A DNA stretch of 64,000 nucleotides from a virus (Duplodnaviria > Caudoviricetes). The stretch is from the IMG/VR virus record IMGVR_UViG_3300032245_000902, positions 1 through 64,000 of that record. One strand, 5' to 3'. The notes below the pieces were generated by a model. The model saw nothing but the letters and a program-made list of their open reading frames with translations. It ran no database searches and was not told where the DNA came from. Below are positions 62,789-64,000 of this stretch, in pieces (the stretch's first letter is position 1; each line of letters starts with the position of its first letter). The position numbers and the translations under genes were made by a program.

Positions 62789-63545
62789 TCGAGAACAATT
62801 TACCGACTACTGCCTGAGAAAACTTGGTTTTCCTGTTATTGAAGTTAACGTAGATCCAGACCAAGTTCAGGATCGTGTTGACGATGCGTTACAATATTTT
62901 CAAGACTACCATTTTGATGGCCTGCAGAAAACATATTACATCCATAAAATCACACAAGAAGATGTCAATAATAGATATCTTGATTTGAGTGATGTAAGAG
63001 ATAACGCCAATGTTGCAACACAAGTTGTAGGTGTTACTCGTATATTTCCACTTCAAGATTCCCAATCAAGCATTAATATGTTTGACTTGCGATATCAATT
63101 AAGACTGAATGAGTTGTATGACTTTACTTCAGCCTCATACATCAACTATACCATGACAATGCAACATCTTCGTATGCTTGAACAATTGTTTACTGGTGAA
63201 GTTCCAATTCGTTATCAACGACATACAGAAAAACTGTTTGCTGATTGGGCATGGGGTGACCAAGAAGCTCCAGTTGGCCAACCAGTTATTGTTGATTGTT
63301 ACACCACTATTAATCCTAATGCATACAGTCGAGTGTGGGACGACCGTTGGTTGAAGCGTTATGCAACTGCTCTAATTAAACGACAATGGGGTGAGAATCT
63401 TAAAAAGTTTGGTAATATCCAATTACCAGGTGGTGTCGTATTAAATGGCGACAAAATCTTTGAAGAAGCTATGAATGAAATTGATGACCTCGAAAAAGAT
63501 ATGGAAAATAATTATGGTGGTGTTCTTGAATTCTTTATGAACTAA
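62772..63545 (+). CDS. 13: Neck protein gp13
   Basis: YCLRKLG.PVIE.NV...Q..D..D.A.Q....YH.DG, WLK.YATAL.K.QWG.NL.KF, LPGG..LNG; AATAAATA at 62737-62744. Confidence 0.95.
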   Translation: MATVTNREQFTDYCLRKLGFPVIEVNVDPDQVQDRVDDALQYFQDYHFDGLQKTYYIHKITQEDVNNRYLDLSDVRDNANVATQVVGVTRIFPLQDSQSSINMFDLRYQLRLNELYDFTSASYINYTMTMQHLRMLEQLFTGEVPIRYQRHTEKLFADWAWGDQEAPVGQPVIVDCYTTINPNAYSRVWDDRWLKRYATALIKRQWGENLKKFGNIQLPGGVVLNGDKIFEEAMNEIDDLEKDMENNYGGVLEFFMN

Positions 63546-63557
63546 TCAAACGGCACA

Positions 63558-64000
63558 ATGGCTACTTCACAATACTTTAATAATTACAATTCTCGCTTTC
63601 AAGAACAAAGGCTCGTGGAAGACCTCATCGTTGAATCCATAAAGATTATGGGATTCGATGGAATGTATCTGCCTAATGACAACGATGTGGCTCGTGATTT
63701 GTTGTTTGGTGAAGATCCAGTTAAGAAGTTTCAATCGGCATTTCCTGTTGAGATGTATCTTTCAGAAGCACTCAACTATAACGGTGAAAAAGAATTCTTT
63801 TCTAAATTTGGTCTTGAGATTAAGAACCACACTAAGGTACTTTTAACCAAGAGAACCTTTTCTCAAAGAGTACCACAAAATATTTTTCAAAGGCCAAGAG
63901 AAGGTGATTTAATTTGGATTCCATTTTTAAATGGCACAGGTGAATTGTATGAGATTACATTTACCGACCAAGACAAAGACTTCTATATGCTTGGCCGACC
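63558..64000 (+). CDS. 14: Neck protein gp14 (3' partial)
   Basis: Read by hand: MATSQYFNNY...EQRLVEDLIVESIKIMGFD..YLP...FSKFGLEI...RPREGDLI; open to the window end. Confidence 0.92.
   Translation, partial: MATSQYFNNYNSRFQEQRLVEDLIVESIKIMGFDGMYLPNDNDVARDLLFGEDPVKKFQSAFPVEMYLSEALNYNGEKEFFSKFGLEIKNHTKVLLTKRTFSQRVPQNIFQRPREGDLIWIPFLNGTGELYEITFTDQDKDFYMLGR

Overview
A 64 kb AT-rich, gene-dense segment of a T4-like myophage genome. No tRNA, rRNA, CRISPR array, integrase or reverse transcriptase is visible. Layout: (1) 1-5.3 kb, small accessory genes (metallophosphoesterase, GalE-like epimerase, DenV-like glycosylase); (2) 5.3-14.75 kb, an accessory island starting at a perfect T4 late promoter, with a gp38-like glycine-rich adhesin, a SAM methyltransferase, five 2OG-Fe(II)/cupin oxygenases, a radical SAM/SPASM enzyme, two tandem desaturases and an Asn/Cys-rich protein that shares its N-terminus with the adhesin; (3) 14.7-19.3 kb, exonuclease, SleB-like hydrolase, gp33, a Mom/DUF4338-like gene, gp59, HAD nucleotidase, gp32; (4) 19.3-46 kb, baseplate and hub genes (gp51, gp26, gp54, gp2, gp4, gp48, gp53, hub, split gp5, gp25, gp6, gp7, gp8, DUF4815-like); (5) 46-62.8 kb, a large modular fibre array with an oxygenase/methyltransferase/glycosyltransferase cassette next to Thr-rich collagen fibres; (6) neck genes gp13 and gp14. 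The best candidate for an undescribed system is RiPP-like maturation of a Cys-rich protein displayed at a fibre tip. Other strong leads are a probable -1 frameshift joining gp26 to gp51 and a repeated C-terminal DGGxF motif among the fibre proteins. All calls come from motif recognition and gene order; no database searches were run.
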